A stretch of 64,000 nt of DNA from Paludibacteraceae bacterium (GCA_017446455.1 JAFSQV010000014.1:4688-68687), one strand, 5' to 3'. Positions 8,142-16,868 are shown, counted from the first letter of the stretch. Notes: generated from the sequence alone by a model not told the origin. Program-made: numbers and translations.

Positions 8142-8173
8142 AGGCGCGAGATAGGCGCGAGAGTGGCGCGACC
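8142..8173. repeat. three 11-bp-phased GGCGCGA direct repeats (candidate operator)
   Basis: AGGCGCGAGA at 8142 and 8153 and TGGCGCGACC at 8164, with a related CCGCGACC at 8133. They lie in the intergenic region between two HTH genes. Confidence 0.4.
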
Positions 8174-8242
8174 GTGGCTAATTGACTGAGAGCCGACAGA
8201 GAACCAACAGATACTACTTATAATTGTAAAGTTTCCGAATAG

Positions 8243-8635
8243 TTACCCTGCCAGCACAGAGTCTCGCGGCGCAATAGTATCTCCCCCTTTTAATTCACTG
8301 ATTCGCTCATTAAGTGAATTTATAAGCTCACGTTGCGTTTCTATTGTTTCTTGTTTTGTGGCTATTACATCACGGAGAGAATCAATCAAATCTCGCGCTT
8401 CCGTCTCTTGTAGATCAAGTTTCATGTTGCCATTTCCACGCATAAGCCACTCTGCTGACAAATCTTTATATTGGAATAATATTTCCAACAAGGTGACTGC
8501 AGGGATCGTAGTCTCACCGTTAATATGGTTATTCAACGAGCGAGTTTGCACATTTATTTGCTTGGCCATGGAATTGACACTAAGGCCTTCTTTTTCCATG
8601 AAATAAAGCAGTCTTTTTCTTAGATTTTCTTCCAT
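8243..8635 (-). CDS. HTH plus coiled-coil regulator (candidate prophage repressor)
   Basis: The N-terminal HTH is KEGLSVNSMAKQINVQTRSLNNHINGETTIPAVTLLEILFQY and the C-terminal part is a heptad-rich helix. It is divergent from the early promoter at 8725. Confidence 0.65.
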   Translation of the reverse strand: MEENLRKRLLYFMEKEGLSVNSMAKQINVQTRSLNNHINGETTIPAVTLLEILFQYKDLSAEWLMRGNGNMKLDLQETEARDLIDSLRDVIATKQETIETQRELINSLNERISELKGGDTIAPRDSVLAG

Positions 8636-8724
8636 AAAACTCTCAATTTTTGCCGATTTTCAAAAAAAATGCATTTTTTAGCAAGATTTTTCCAAAATAA
8701 TTTGCGTGTTTGGAAAAATTTTTC

Positions 8725-8732
8725 TACCTTTG
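8725..8732 (+). promoter_or_regulatory. early rightward promoter -7 box (TACCTTTG)
   Basis: TTCTACCTTTGCACTCGC with TTTGCGTG about 20 nt upstream. It is divergent from the repressor-like gene. Confidence 0.55.
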
Positions 8733-8890
8733 CACTCGCAAACGGAAAACAAATGCACCGCAGCCACAAAGAAGAACTAAAAATTGCCGCAAAGGTAATA
8801 AAAAAATACCGAATACGCAAATAAAAACCAATAAAAAATTCAAAAAAAATGAAAGATTAGGATGTATGGACTTAATAGTGACATTCTGTC

Positions 8891-8902
8891 GGGGGGGGGG
8901 GG
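8891..8902. repeat. homopolymeric G12 tract
   Basis: 12 consecutive G residues in the ~235-nt leader between the early promoter and ATG 8969. The tract lies inside a 32-codon sORF (8866-8964). Confidence 0.95.
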
Positions 8903-8968
8903 AGAAGCCCGCCGCATTCAAAAAACAGACATGTAAAAACAATTTATTAACAATTAAAAAATGAAAAT

Positions 8969-9235
8969 ATGGCAAGCGAAAGACAAAACATAGAAGCTTT
9001 ATTGAAAAAAGGAGCCAATATTGCAAATCCTACTCTCAACCCACAAATGAAAGAGAAAGATAAGCTGAAAAAGTTTACTGATTCTGTAAGCAAGTTTATG
9101 ACGGCCGCAGGTTTTCCATGCGGACTCGATTACAGAGGAGCATTCAAAGTTATAGGTAGTAATAAAAACTACATTTACACCGTAGAGGATAAAAACGGCA
9201 AATTAGCTTTTATTTACTCGCACTCTGAATACTAA
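8969..9235 (+). CDS. hypothetical early protein (88 aa)
   Basis: First ORF downstream of the early promoter. No recognisable motif. Confidence 0.5.
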   Translation: MASERQNIEALLKKGANIANPTLNPQMKEKDKLKKFTDSVSKFMTAAGFPCGLDYRGAFKVIGSNKNYIYTVEDKNGKLAFIYSHSEY

Positions 9236-9301
9236 TCATAGGCCATAAGCGGCTGATAGCCGCTTATGGTTGCAATAACCAACAACTAAAACAATATCAT
9301 T

Positions 9302-9553
9302 ATGAGTGTAACAATCGAACAACTGCGCGAACTACGCGCAAGCCTGCCGAAAGGGCAGAAGGACCCATGGGGAGAGTGCTGCATCTCGAAGCGCACACTC
9401 CTGCAGAGGGCATTAAAACGCAACACGCTGGCCGAGCTCACAACCGGCGAGCAAGCGGTAGTACAAGAGTTCATCGTGCATTGCAAGTCGGTGCGTGACG
9501 AGCAGAAGAAACTGGCTGCAGAGATTGATCAACTATCCAATACCGAATTATAA
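9302..9553 (+). CDS. hypothetical early protein (83 aa)
   Basis: Its stop overlaps the next start (TAATG). Confidence 0.55.
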   Translation: MSVTIEQLRELRASLPKGQKDPWGECCISKRTLLQRALKRNTLAELTTGEQAVVQEFIVHCKSVRDEQKKLAAEIDQLSNTEL

Positions 9554-9918
9554 TGAGCACCACCAACCCACTCGAGCAATTAGCCGGCACGCGCAGCGTG
9601 ATCATGATTGACGCTGCCACGCTCCTGGAGTACCTGCACCAAGACCGTGAGGAGACCTACATGGAAGGCATCCGCGAGGGTCGCCGTCTGGCAGAGGCAG
9701 CAGCATTGGCAACGACAGCAGAGCCGCTGACGAAGAAGCAGGCCGCAAAGGCACTCGGATTCTCCGAGGGCACGATTGACAACATGCGACGCCGGGGCGA
9801 GCTGGAGAGCTACGAGTACGGTGGGCAGGTACGGATAGAACGCGCCGAGGTGGAGCGATGGAAACGCACCCACACCGGTCTGTATGCAAAAAGCAAACGT
9901 CTAACCTATAAAAAATGA
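9553..9918 (+). CDS. MerR/excisionase-type HTH protein (candidate Xis or early regulator)
   Basis: LTKKQAAKALGFSEGTIDNMRRRGELESYEYGGQVRIERAEVERWKR fits the HTH_17 pattern. Confidence 0.6.
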   Translation: MSTTNPLEQLAGTRSVIMIDAATLLEYLHQDREETYMEGIREGRRLAEAAALATTAEPLTKKQAAKALGFSEGTIDNMRRRGELESYEYGGQVRIERAEVERWKRTHTGLYAKSKRLTYKK

Positions 9919-11909
9919 CAACAATGAGAACAATCCAACTTGAGCGGATGGCGCTGCGCAACTTCAAGGGCGTACAATCCGCAGACTATGCCTTCGGGCA
10001 AGTAACGAACATCATCGGAGCCAACGGTACCGGCAAGTCCACCATCTTCGATGCGTACCTCTGGTGCCTCTTCGACAAGGACCAGGCAGGCAACAAGCCG
10101 AAAGTGCAGCCGCTGGACGAAAACAACGAAGTGATCCACGACCTCACCACATCGGTAGTGCTTCTTATGAAGATTGACGGCAACGAAATGGTTGTAGAGC
10201 GCCGGCTGAAAGAAACCTGGAGCAAGACGGGCGAGTGTACAGGTACCAAGAGCGAGTACCTTGTGAACGAGGTGCCCATGACGCAGACGCAGTTCCAAGC
10301 TAAAATGAGCGAGATTCTGCCACTTGACAAATGGTTCATCATCAGCTCTATCGGCATCATTCCTAACATGGACCAGAAGACATGCCGGGCGGCGCTACAA
10401 CAGATTGCACCAGCCATTGACGAGAAAGCCATCGCAGCCAAGTACAAAGCGGTCGCCATCGCCATGGCAAAAGGCATATCGGTGGATGAACTTGCCGCGA
10501 TGACCAAGAGTGAAAAGACCAAGGCGCAAAAGGAGCTCGACAGCATCCCGGCACAGCTGGATGCACAGGACCGCCTGCGTGTTGAGGACGATTTCACAGC
10601 GGTAGGAAAGCGCATCGACGAAATCAACGCAGAGGTGCGCCAACTGACAGCAGACATCGACGAAGCCAAGCGCGTAGAGCTCACTCCGGAGGAGATTGCC
10701 AAAGCCGAGCAACGCCGCAAGGAGATGAAGGAAGTGAGCGACAAGATGGCTGATATTGAAAAACAGATCAGCAAGGAGCGTGGCGAAAAGGACTACGCTT
10801 TCGAGAACGAAATGCGGAAAATCAGTCTGTATACCGACAAAGCAATGTCAGATATTGCAGGTTGGCAAAAACAGCTGGATATCTGCAACGAGCGCATAGC
10901 CCAACTGAACACTGAGGTGGATGCAGCCCGCAAACGTTGGATGGAACTAAACGCCACCACGTACACAGGAACGGTACTCGACGAGGTTTGCCCGACCTGC
11001 GGTCAGCGGATCCCGGAGGAGAAGATTGCCGAGGCAGCAGCCAAAGCAGAGGCTAACTGGAAAGCAGCCAAGGTTCAGCAACTTGAGCAGATCAACCACC
11101 AAGGCAAGGCGCTCAAAGCCGAGATCGACAGCCTCACAATACGCGTGGAAAACCTGCAGGCGAATATTGACAAGACCAACGCTATGCTGGACGAGTTCAA
11201 AGCAAGAATGGATGAACTGCATGATCAAGACGGCAAACTGCCGAGCTACCAGGATATGCTGGACGAGAATGCTGAACATGCCGAGTTGCAGAAACGCTAC
11301 AATGCTCTGGTGGCAGAGATTCACGCTGAATCCGAGAGCAACGAAAAGACCGAAGAGGCGATTGCAGCCAAAGTGGAGCCGCTCAAGGCGAAGATGGAAA
11401 GCCTCATGGCCGAACGGTCCGAACTCGAGAAGAGAATGGCGCAGAAAGCCACGAACGAGCGCATCGATGAAGAGCGAAAGCGCCTGCTGGCCAACCAAAG
11501 CACTCTGCAGCAAGCCATCGCCGAATATGAAGCAGCCGAAGCAGATATTGCCGGATTCAAGAAAGAGAAGATCACGGCGGTGGAGAACGGCGTGAGCAGC
11601 CTCTTCCGGATGGTGCATTGGAAGATGTACGAAGCCAACGTGACCAACTCCGGCGAAAAGGAAATCTGCCAGGCCATCATCGACGGTGTGCCATACGAGC
11701 AGCAGAACACCGCCACGCAGGTCAACGCGGGCATTGATATCGTGGAGGCCTTCGGCAAAGCCTACGGCGTGGAAGCACCGCTGTTCATCGACAACGCGGA
11801 GAGCGTAACAGACCTGCTTGATACTGAGCGTCAACTTATCAAACTGACGGTAGTTTCCGGCGCAAAACTGAGTGTAATTGGCCTACCAGAAGAGGTAGAT
11901 TTCGAATAA
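9915..11909 (+). CDS. Rad50/SbcC/SMC-like AAA ATPase with coiled coil and zinc hook
   Basis: Walker A NIIGANGTGKST, a ~450-aa coiled coil interrupted by CPTCGQ, and a C-terminal PLFIDNAESV (Walker B-like). Confidence 0.75.
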   Translation: MTTMRTIQLERMALRNFKGVQSADYAFGQVTNIIGANGTGKSTIFDAYLWCLFDKDQAGNKPKVQPLDENNEVIHDLTTSVVLLMKIDGNEMVVERRLKETWSKTGECTGTKSEYLVNEVPMTQTQFQAKMSEILPLDKWFIISSIGIIPNMDQKTCRAALQQIAPAIDEKAIAAKYKAVAIAMAKGISVDELAAMTKSEKTKAQKELDSIPAQLDAQDRLRVEDDFTAVGKRIDEINAEVRQLTADIDEAKRVELTPEEIAKAEQRRKEMKEVSDKMADIEKQISKERGEKDYAFENEMRKISLYTDKAMSDIAGWQKQLDICNERIAQLNTEVDAARKRWMELNATTYTGTVLDEVCPTCGQRIPEEKIAEAAAKAEANWKAAKVQQLEQINHQGKALKAEIDSLTIRVENLQANIDKTNAMLDEFKARMDELHDQDGKLPSYQDMLDENAEHAELQKRYNALVAEIHAESESNEKTEEAIAAKVEPLKAKMESLMAERSELEKRMAQKATNERIDEERKRLLANQSTLQQAIAEYEAAEADIAGFKKEKITAVENGVSSLFRMVHWKMYEANVTNSGEKEICQAIIDGVPYEQQNTATQVNAGIDIVEAFGKAYGVEAPLFIDNAESVTDLLDTERQLIKLTVVSGAKLSVIGLPEEVDFE

Positions 11910-11944
11910 ATCGCTAAATATCAACTAATTATGCAAAATAACTT

Positions 11945-11992
11945 GCGTGTTCCAAAAAAAAGTGCGTACTTTGCACCGCGTTTGGAACACGC
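11945..11992. promoter_or_regulatory. 12-bp perfect inverted repeat bracketing an internal promoter
   Basis: GCGTGTTCCAAA (11945-11956) pairs with TTTGGAACACGC (11981-11992), around GTACTTTGCACC. Confidence 0.45.
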
Positions 11993-12022
11993 ACAATACA
12001 AACCATTTAAAAATAAGAAGTG

Positions 12023-12244
12023 ATGAATATAAATGATTACATGAATCGTCAGGAAGGACGAAAAGCAAACGGACAATTCTCGCGTGAAGCACTCAATCGT
12101 ATGGCTGATAAATTGCGAGATGTGATCCTAAATCTAAAACAAAGATGGTACACATCACCTAAAGATTACGGACAGGCTCTCGCCAACCGTCCTCGCCACG
12201 CTCATGCTAAAGGGCGCAGGGTTTTACATACAACTAATTTCTAA
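12023..12244 (+). CDS. hypothetical protein (73 aa)
   Basis: ATG 12023 is one codon after the GTG used by the ORF track. Confidence 0.45.
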   Translation: MNINDYMNRQEGRKANGQFSREALNRMADKLRDVILNLKQRWYTSPKDYGQALANRPRHAHAKGRRVLHTTNF

Positions 12245-12265
12245 TCATTCAAAATCCTTACAAAA

Positions 12266-13030
12266 ATGCCAAATCCAACTAACACGCCGGCAGTAGCTCC
12301 GGCAGCGCCCATGCAGGTTTCTTACGAGGTCATGGGACAGAAAGTAACACTCAACGCGGACATGGTTCGCAAGTATCTAACCAAGGGTAACGGAAGCGTA
12401 ACCGACCAAGAGGTGCTACAGTTCATCAGCATCTGCAAGTACCAACAGCTCAATCCGTTCTTAAACGAGGCCTACCTGGTCAAGTTCGCCAACAACAGAG
12501 GCGGCGAGGACAATGCGCAGATCATTGTCAGCAAGGAGGCATTTATGAAGCGCGCCGAGGGTGATCCGCACTACAAAGGCTTTAAAGCCGGACTGATTGT
12601 GAAGCGAGGCGACAGCATTGAATATCCGGAAGGTGAGTTCATGCTGCAATCGGATGTGCTGCTCGGCGGCTGGGCAGAGGTGTTACGCGACGACCGCGAG
12701 TACCCAATTAAGGCTTTTGTGAGCCTTGCGGACTACGACAAAGGTCGCAGCACGTGGAGCCAAATCAAATGCACGATGATTCGCAAGACCGCGCTGGTTC
12801 ACGCGCTCCGCGAGGCGTTCCCTGCCCAACTGGGCGCGCTCTACACCCGCGAGGAGAGCCGCATCGAGGATGTGAACTTCGAGGAAGTACACGAAACCAA
12901 GGTGCAAGCCAACGCTAATGCTGCTCCGCTTCCGGAAGAGGAAGGCAACATGCATGCTGGTGATCCGGAACCGAAAGAGCCTGCAGCCCCAGCAAACGGA
13001 GGTACTAACGAACCAAAGATGGAGTTCTGA
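12266..13030 (+). CDS. RecT/Bet-family single-strand annealing recombinase
   Basis: ...DQEVLQFISICKYQQLNPFLNEAYLVKF...IVSKEAFMKRAE...KTALVHALREAFP fits the RecT/Bet pattern. Confidence 0.75.
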   Translation: MPNPTNTPAVAPAAPMQVSYEVMGQKVTLNADMVRKYLTKGNGSVTDQEVLQFISICKYQQLNPFLNEAYLVKFANNRGGEDNAQIIVSKEAFMKRAEGDPHYKGFKAGLIVKRGDSIEYPEGEFMLQSDVLLGGWAEVLRDDREYPIKAFVSLADYDKGRSTWSQIKCTMIRKTALVHALREAFPAQLGALYTREESRIEDVNFEEVHETKVQANANAAPLPEEEGNMHAGDPEPKEPAAPANGGTNEPKMEF

Positions 13031-13032
13031 TC

Positions 13033-13770
13033 ATGACGCTGACGGTACTTGGAAGCGGGTCCACGGGCAACGGGTATGTCCTGCAGAACGAGCACGAAGC
13101 ACTCGTCCTTGAGTGCGGAATGCCACGGCAGGACTGCCTGGCAGCCTTGGGCTACAACGTAAAGAAAGTGCGCGGGTGCCTTGTGACGCACGAGCACGGC
13201 GACCATGCCGGTTTCATTGAAGACTACATGGAGCTGATGCCATGCTACACCAGCGCCGGTACTGCCAACGCTATCCGGTACCGCAAACAGCGTCGTCCGG
13301 AGGTGCTGGAGGTATTAAGAACCGTCCGGCTTGGTGGATTCAGCGTGCGGCCTATACCGGCAGAGCACGACGCAGCGGAGCCTTTCGCCTATATCATCGA
13401 CCACGAGGAGAGCGGGCGGCTGCTCTTCGCCACCGACACCTACTACATCCGCTACACCATTCCGCATTTGAATAACCTCATGATTGAGTGCAATTACTCG
13501 CTGCCTTTGTTGGAAGCCAACATCGCGTCCGGGCTGGTTCCGGAAGCGCTCAAAGCTCGCACCCTGGAAAGTCACATGAGCCTTGCGCACCTCAAGGAGA
13601 TGCTGACGGCTAATGACCTCACGGCTGTAAACAACATCGTCTTGATCCACATGTCCGGGCGCAACAGCCAACAGGACGCGTTTGTGCGCGAGATAACCGA
13701 GCACACGGGCAAACATACCGTGGCAGCGACAAAAGGCCTCACTATCGAAATAAACAAGACACCGTTCTGA
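13033..13770 (+). CDS. MBL-fold metallo-hydrolase (probable recombination-associated nuclease)
   Basis: MTLTVLGSGSTGNGY...LVTHEHGDHAG contains the HxHxDH motif. Confidence 0.75.
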   Translation: MTLTVLGSGSTGNGYVLQNEHEALVLECGMPRQDCLAALGYNVKKVRGCLVTHEHGDHAGFIEDYMELMPCYTSAGTANAIRYRKQRRPEVLEVLRTVRLGGFSVRPIPAEHDAAEPFAYIIDHEESGRLLFATDTYYIRYTIPHLNNLMIECNYSLPLLEANIASGLVPEALKARTLESHMSLAHLKEMLTANDLTAVNNIVLIHMSGRNSQQDAFVREITEHTGKHTVAATKGLTIEINKTPF

Positions 13771-14717
13771 TGGATAAAGAGCGTGCGACATATACCAAGA
13801 GCACTCCGGACAATCTGGTGCAGATAGTAGGTGGCATAAAATACGCAGGCATTGCCATGCTGGCAATAAGGCTCAATGCCTTTGCGGACGGCGACGAGGC
13901 GCGCGTTTCGATCCAGATGCTCTGCGAGATATTCTCCTGCAGCGTGAACACCATAAAGGAGTACGCGAGACGGTTGGCGATGCTGGATATCTGGCACTTG
14001 AAAACGTTCCACGGACGAGGTGATGTCGCAGTCTGGAAAAAAGGATCAAACTTTGATGCTTATACCACCATAAAACCATCAAACTTTGACGCTTTTGTAA
14101 CTATAGAAAACCATCAAACTTTGACGAAAAAACCATCAAACTTTGACGGTAACAATATAGATAACAATATAGCAGCCGAGCGCGCGGATAAGCGCGCGCA
14201 TGCGGCTGAGAAAAATGCTGCTGCCGATGGCGAGCTGGAGAAGGGCTCGCCCCGGCAGGGAAAGGAGGATAAAATGATACAGCAACAATTCGAGGAGTTC
14301 TGGACCCTATTCGACGCAAAAGACGAATACCAGGACCGCAAAGAGCGCTGCGAGCGCGTGTGGTACAACGCTACCTCCCAGGAGCGCCGCGAGGCTTACA
14401 TCAAGGCTTTGCGCGCCGGCAAGAAGCACCGCGACAACCCGCTCCATTACCTGCAGTACGACACGCCGGAGGAGGCAAAGGCGGAGTTCCCGATCTTCGT
14501 CAACGGTGACGGTTCGATTGCCATGGCATTGAACGAAGCGGAGAATGGCGGACGGCCGTTGGCATTTGTCCGGGGCGGGCTGCAGCTGCATATCAACGAT
14601 AACTTCGCATACATCTACGTCACAGACGCGATTGCGCAGAAGATTCGGGTGATCCGAACCATCCCAAGTCGCGCCATTGAGCATGTGCCTGCGGAGCTAA
14701 GAGAAAATCAACAATAA
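13770..14717 (+). CDS. replication initiator-like protein (wHTH N-terminus) containing intragenic iterons
   Basis: N-terminal HTH-like segment SIQMLCEIFSCSVNTIKEYARRL. The central peptide repeats (K)PSNFD are encoded by the iterons at 14043-14147. Confidence 0.5.
   Translation: MDKERATYTKSTPDNLVQIVGGIKYAGIAMLAIRLNAFADGDEARVSIQMLCEIFSCSVNTIKEYARRLAMLDIWHLKTFHGRGDVAVWKKGSNFDAYTTIKPSNFDAFVTIENHQTLTKKPSNFDGNNIDNNIAAERADKRAHAAEKNAAADGELEKGSPRQGKEDKMIQQQFEEFWTLFDAKDEYQDRKERCERVWYNATSQERREAYIKALRAGKKHRDNPLHYLQYDTPEEAKAEFPIFVNGDGSIAMALNEAENGGRPLAFVRGGLQLHINDNFAYIYVTDAIAQKIRVIRTIPSRAIEHVPAELRENQQ
14043..14172. repeat. iteron cluster plus AT-rich direct repeat (candidate phage origin)
   Basis: CCATCAAACTTTGAC at 14076, 14111 and 14133 and a degenerate GGATCAAACTTTGAT at 14043. 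These are followed by AACAATATAG twice (14151 and 14163). Confidence 0.6.
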
Positions 14718-14743
14718 CTAAAAACCCTTAAAAAACAAAAATT

Positions 14744-15157
14744 ATGATTCTTAATGAAGTAAAAGTGAACTACACCCGCCAGACGGGTGAGGACAACCCA
14801 GGTAAGGTACGCGAGGCGTACTTAGTTGAGAGCATTAGCTGCTCCGATGCAGAAAAGCAAGTAACCGATTATCTTGAGCCTTACATCTTTGGAGACTTTG
14901 AGGCTCCGCAAATCCGGAAGCGTCAGTTCTTTGATGTTTTCGATAATAGAAGCGGGGAATTCTTCTATGAATCCAAAGTAGAGATAATCATAGTTGACGG
15001 AGATAAAGAAACGCGCAAAGCCGTGACGGTGCTCGTACAAGAGAATACGCTGACAGGTGCTTTGGAAGAGCTCAAGCGCAAGATGGAGACCTACGACTGC
15101 GAGATCATTAGCATCAAGAAGTCTGCAATTCTGGAACTCCTGCGTCCTACGAAATGA
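14744..15157 (+). CDS. hypothetical protein (137 aa)
   Basis: Well-spaced ORF with an ATG start. No motif recognised with certainty. Confidence 0.55.
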   Translation: MILNEVKVNYTRQTGEDNPGKVREAYLVESISCSDAEKQVTDYLEPYIFGDFEAPQIRKRQFFDVFDNRSGEFFYESKVEIIIVDGDKETRKAVTVLVQENTLTGALEELKRKMETYDCEIISIKKSAILELLRPTK

Positions 15158-15261
15158 AAGCGCTCATGTTTAGTGTAATAACAATCCTCGTGATGGTTGG
15201 TGTTTCGGCGGTTCTACTCCGCCGGAGCATTGACCGCGAGGAGAAAAACGAAAAGCAATGA
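15154..15261 (+). CDS. small single-pass membrane protein (35 aa)
   Basis: MKALMFSVITILVMVGVSAVLLRRSIDREEKNEKQ, with ATGA overlaps at both ends. It is below the ORF-track length cutoff. Confidence 0.4.
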   Translation: MKALMFSVITILVMVGVSAVLLRRSIDREEKNEKQ

Positions 15262-15815
15262 AAATCTATCCATTACTATTATCGCAGACATTCCCTGCAA
15301 CGCACCCCAGGCACGGCGAGCCGACGTACTTTAAGGAGAAAATGCATAACGCACTCCTTTGGGAGAAAGGAATGAATGTCGGATATGCGCTCAATCCAAG
15401 CTACGCGGTTCCTCAAGATCAGCCGCAAATGAAACTGCATACCATCCGGGCAAACTTTAAACTATGGGTCTATCGGTTCGCAAAGATTTACACCGGCCAA
15501 GCGTGCCTCTCTCTACGGGTGTGGTCCGGCAAGCCTTACGCCAGTAAGCAGATCGAGATTGCCCGGCTGACAAAGGAAGACGGCATTGGTCTGCAGGCGC
15601 TGGAGTTCCTGGAGTTTGATCCGGTATTCAAGCCAGGCATCTGGATCGCCGGCAAAACGTATGAGCAAAGCCAGAAACTGATCCTTGCCAAGAACGACGG
15701 TCTTTCGTTTGACGACTGGAACGCGTGGTTTTTCGGCAAAAAGAAAAACGGCGAACCGCTATATGACCTTACAGAGAAGATGGCAATTATCCATTTCACA
15801 AGTTTTCGGTACTAA
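15258..15815 (+). CDS. ASCH/PUA-like domain protein (tentative)
   Basis: MKLHTIRANFKLW resembles the K-x-x-T-x-R core of ASCH domains. Otherwise uncharacterised. Confidence 0.35.
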   Translation: MKIYPLLLSQTFPATHPRHGEPTYFKEKMHNALLWEKGMNVGYALNPSYAVPQDQPQMKLHTIRANFKLWVYRFAKIYTGQACLSLRVWSGKPYASKQIEIARLTKEDGIGLQALEFLEFDPVFKPGIWIAGKTYEQSQKLILAKNDGLSFDDWNAWFFGKKKNGEPLYDLTEKMAIIHFTSFRY

Positions 15816-15951
15816 TGGCGACGAAAGATTGTAAAAACGGCTGCCCTCCTGGGACGGATATGCGGACTTGTATGCTTGCTTTCATGGAAGGCTGCCCGTA
15901 CCTCTCCAGCAGAGATGGAGATATTTTCGTAAAACAAAACACACAGCAATT

Positions 15952-16767
15952 ATGAGCAAAGCAATTTACATGCCAAAAGGCAAGGCAGGCGAGTACGCCA
16001 AATATGCCTGCAACTTCTACGTCGGATGCAGTAACGATTGTTCTTACTGCTACTGCAAGCGCGGACTGCTGGGACATGCCATGGGCGGCACCACTCCGAC
16101 ACTCAAAAAGTGCTTCAAGGACGAAGACGACGCGCTCAAAGTCTTCGAGCGCGAACTGGCGGCAAACTTACAAGAGTTGCAAAATCACGGATTGTTCTTT
16201 ACGTTCACCTCCGACCCGCTGCTGCCTGAGACGGAAGGTCTGACATTCGCGGCTATCGACACCTGCATCGACTACGATGTGCCTGTTAAGCTGCTGACCA
16301 AGCGGGCGGACTTCGATGTGAGTTCCTATTACGACATACACCTCGACAGTATAGCCTTTGGTTTCACGCTGACAGGCTGCGACGAGTTGGAACGCAACGC
16401 CAGCACAAACGCCGAACGCATAGCCAAAATGAAAGAACTCTACCACCGAGGCTTCAAGACCTTTGCGTCCATTGAGCCGGTGATTGACCTCGGCAAGAGT
16501 TACGACATGATAGCCAAGACGATCGGACACTGCGACCTCTACAAGATAGGCCTGCTGACGGGCAAACGTAACTACACGCCGGAAGATGTGTCGCAGTTCG
16601 TGTGTAAAGTGAACGACATGATTCACCGTCACAACTTCTTCAACAAAGAGGAAGTCAAAGTCTATTGGAAAGACAGCGTGCCGGGGTTCCTAAAGATTGA
16701 GCGCACAGACAAGTGTTTCGATCATTGGTTCTGCGTCGGCGCGGATTATGACATCTTTAATGAATGA
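15952..16767 (+). CDS. radical SAM protein (SplB-like CxxxCxxC)
   Basis: Start chosen at ATG 15952 (MSKAIYMPKGKAGEY). NFYVGCSNDCSYCYCKRG carries the CX3CX2C cluster motif. Confidence 0.6.
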   Translation: MSKAIYMPKGKAGEYAKYACNFYVGCSNDCSYCYCKRGLLGHAMGGTTPTLKKCFKDEDDALKVFERELAANLQELQNHGLFFTFTSDPLLPETEGLTFAAIDTCIDYDVPVKLLTKRADFDVSSYYDIHLDSIAFGFTLTGCDELERNASTNAERIAKMKELYHRGFKTFASIEPVIDLGKSYDMIAKTIGHCDLYKIGLLTGKRNYTPEDVSQFVCKVNDMIHRHNFFNKEEVKVYWKDSVPGFLKIERTDKCFDHWFCVGADYDIFNE

Positions 16768-16860
16768 TCCGTGTTTAAGAATTATCGACCGAATGTTATA
16801 AATCGGAGGGTAGTGGCGCATTATAATCGCAAATAACTTGCACGTGAAAAATAATAGTGT

Positions 16861-16868
16861 TACCTTTG
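16861..16868 (+). promoter_or_regulatory. internal promoter -7 box (TACCTTTG)
   Basis: GTGTTACCTTTGCACCAAC with ACTTGCACG upstream. Confidence 0.5.

Noticed and set aside
8710-9026. ORFs 8710-8964 (plus strand) and 8724-9026 (minus strand) in the early leader
   Set aside because: The first starts at a TTG upstream of the promoter box. Both are Lys/Asn/Phe-rich translations of an A/T-rich regulatory region. Only the internal 32-codon sORF containing the G tract is mentioned, as a curiosity.
9986-10774. 262-aa minus-strand ORF, plus 10947-11834 and 11321-11758
   Set aside because: These are shadow ORFs opposite the coiled-coil region of the Rad50/SMC-like gene. The repetitive GAG/AAG codons keep the antisense frame open, and the products are Ser/Ala/Leu-rich with no start context.
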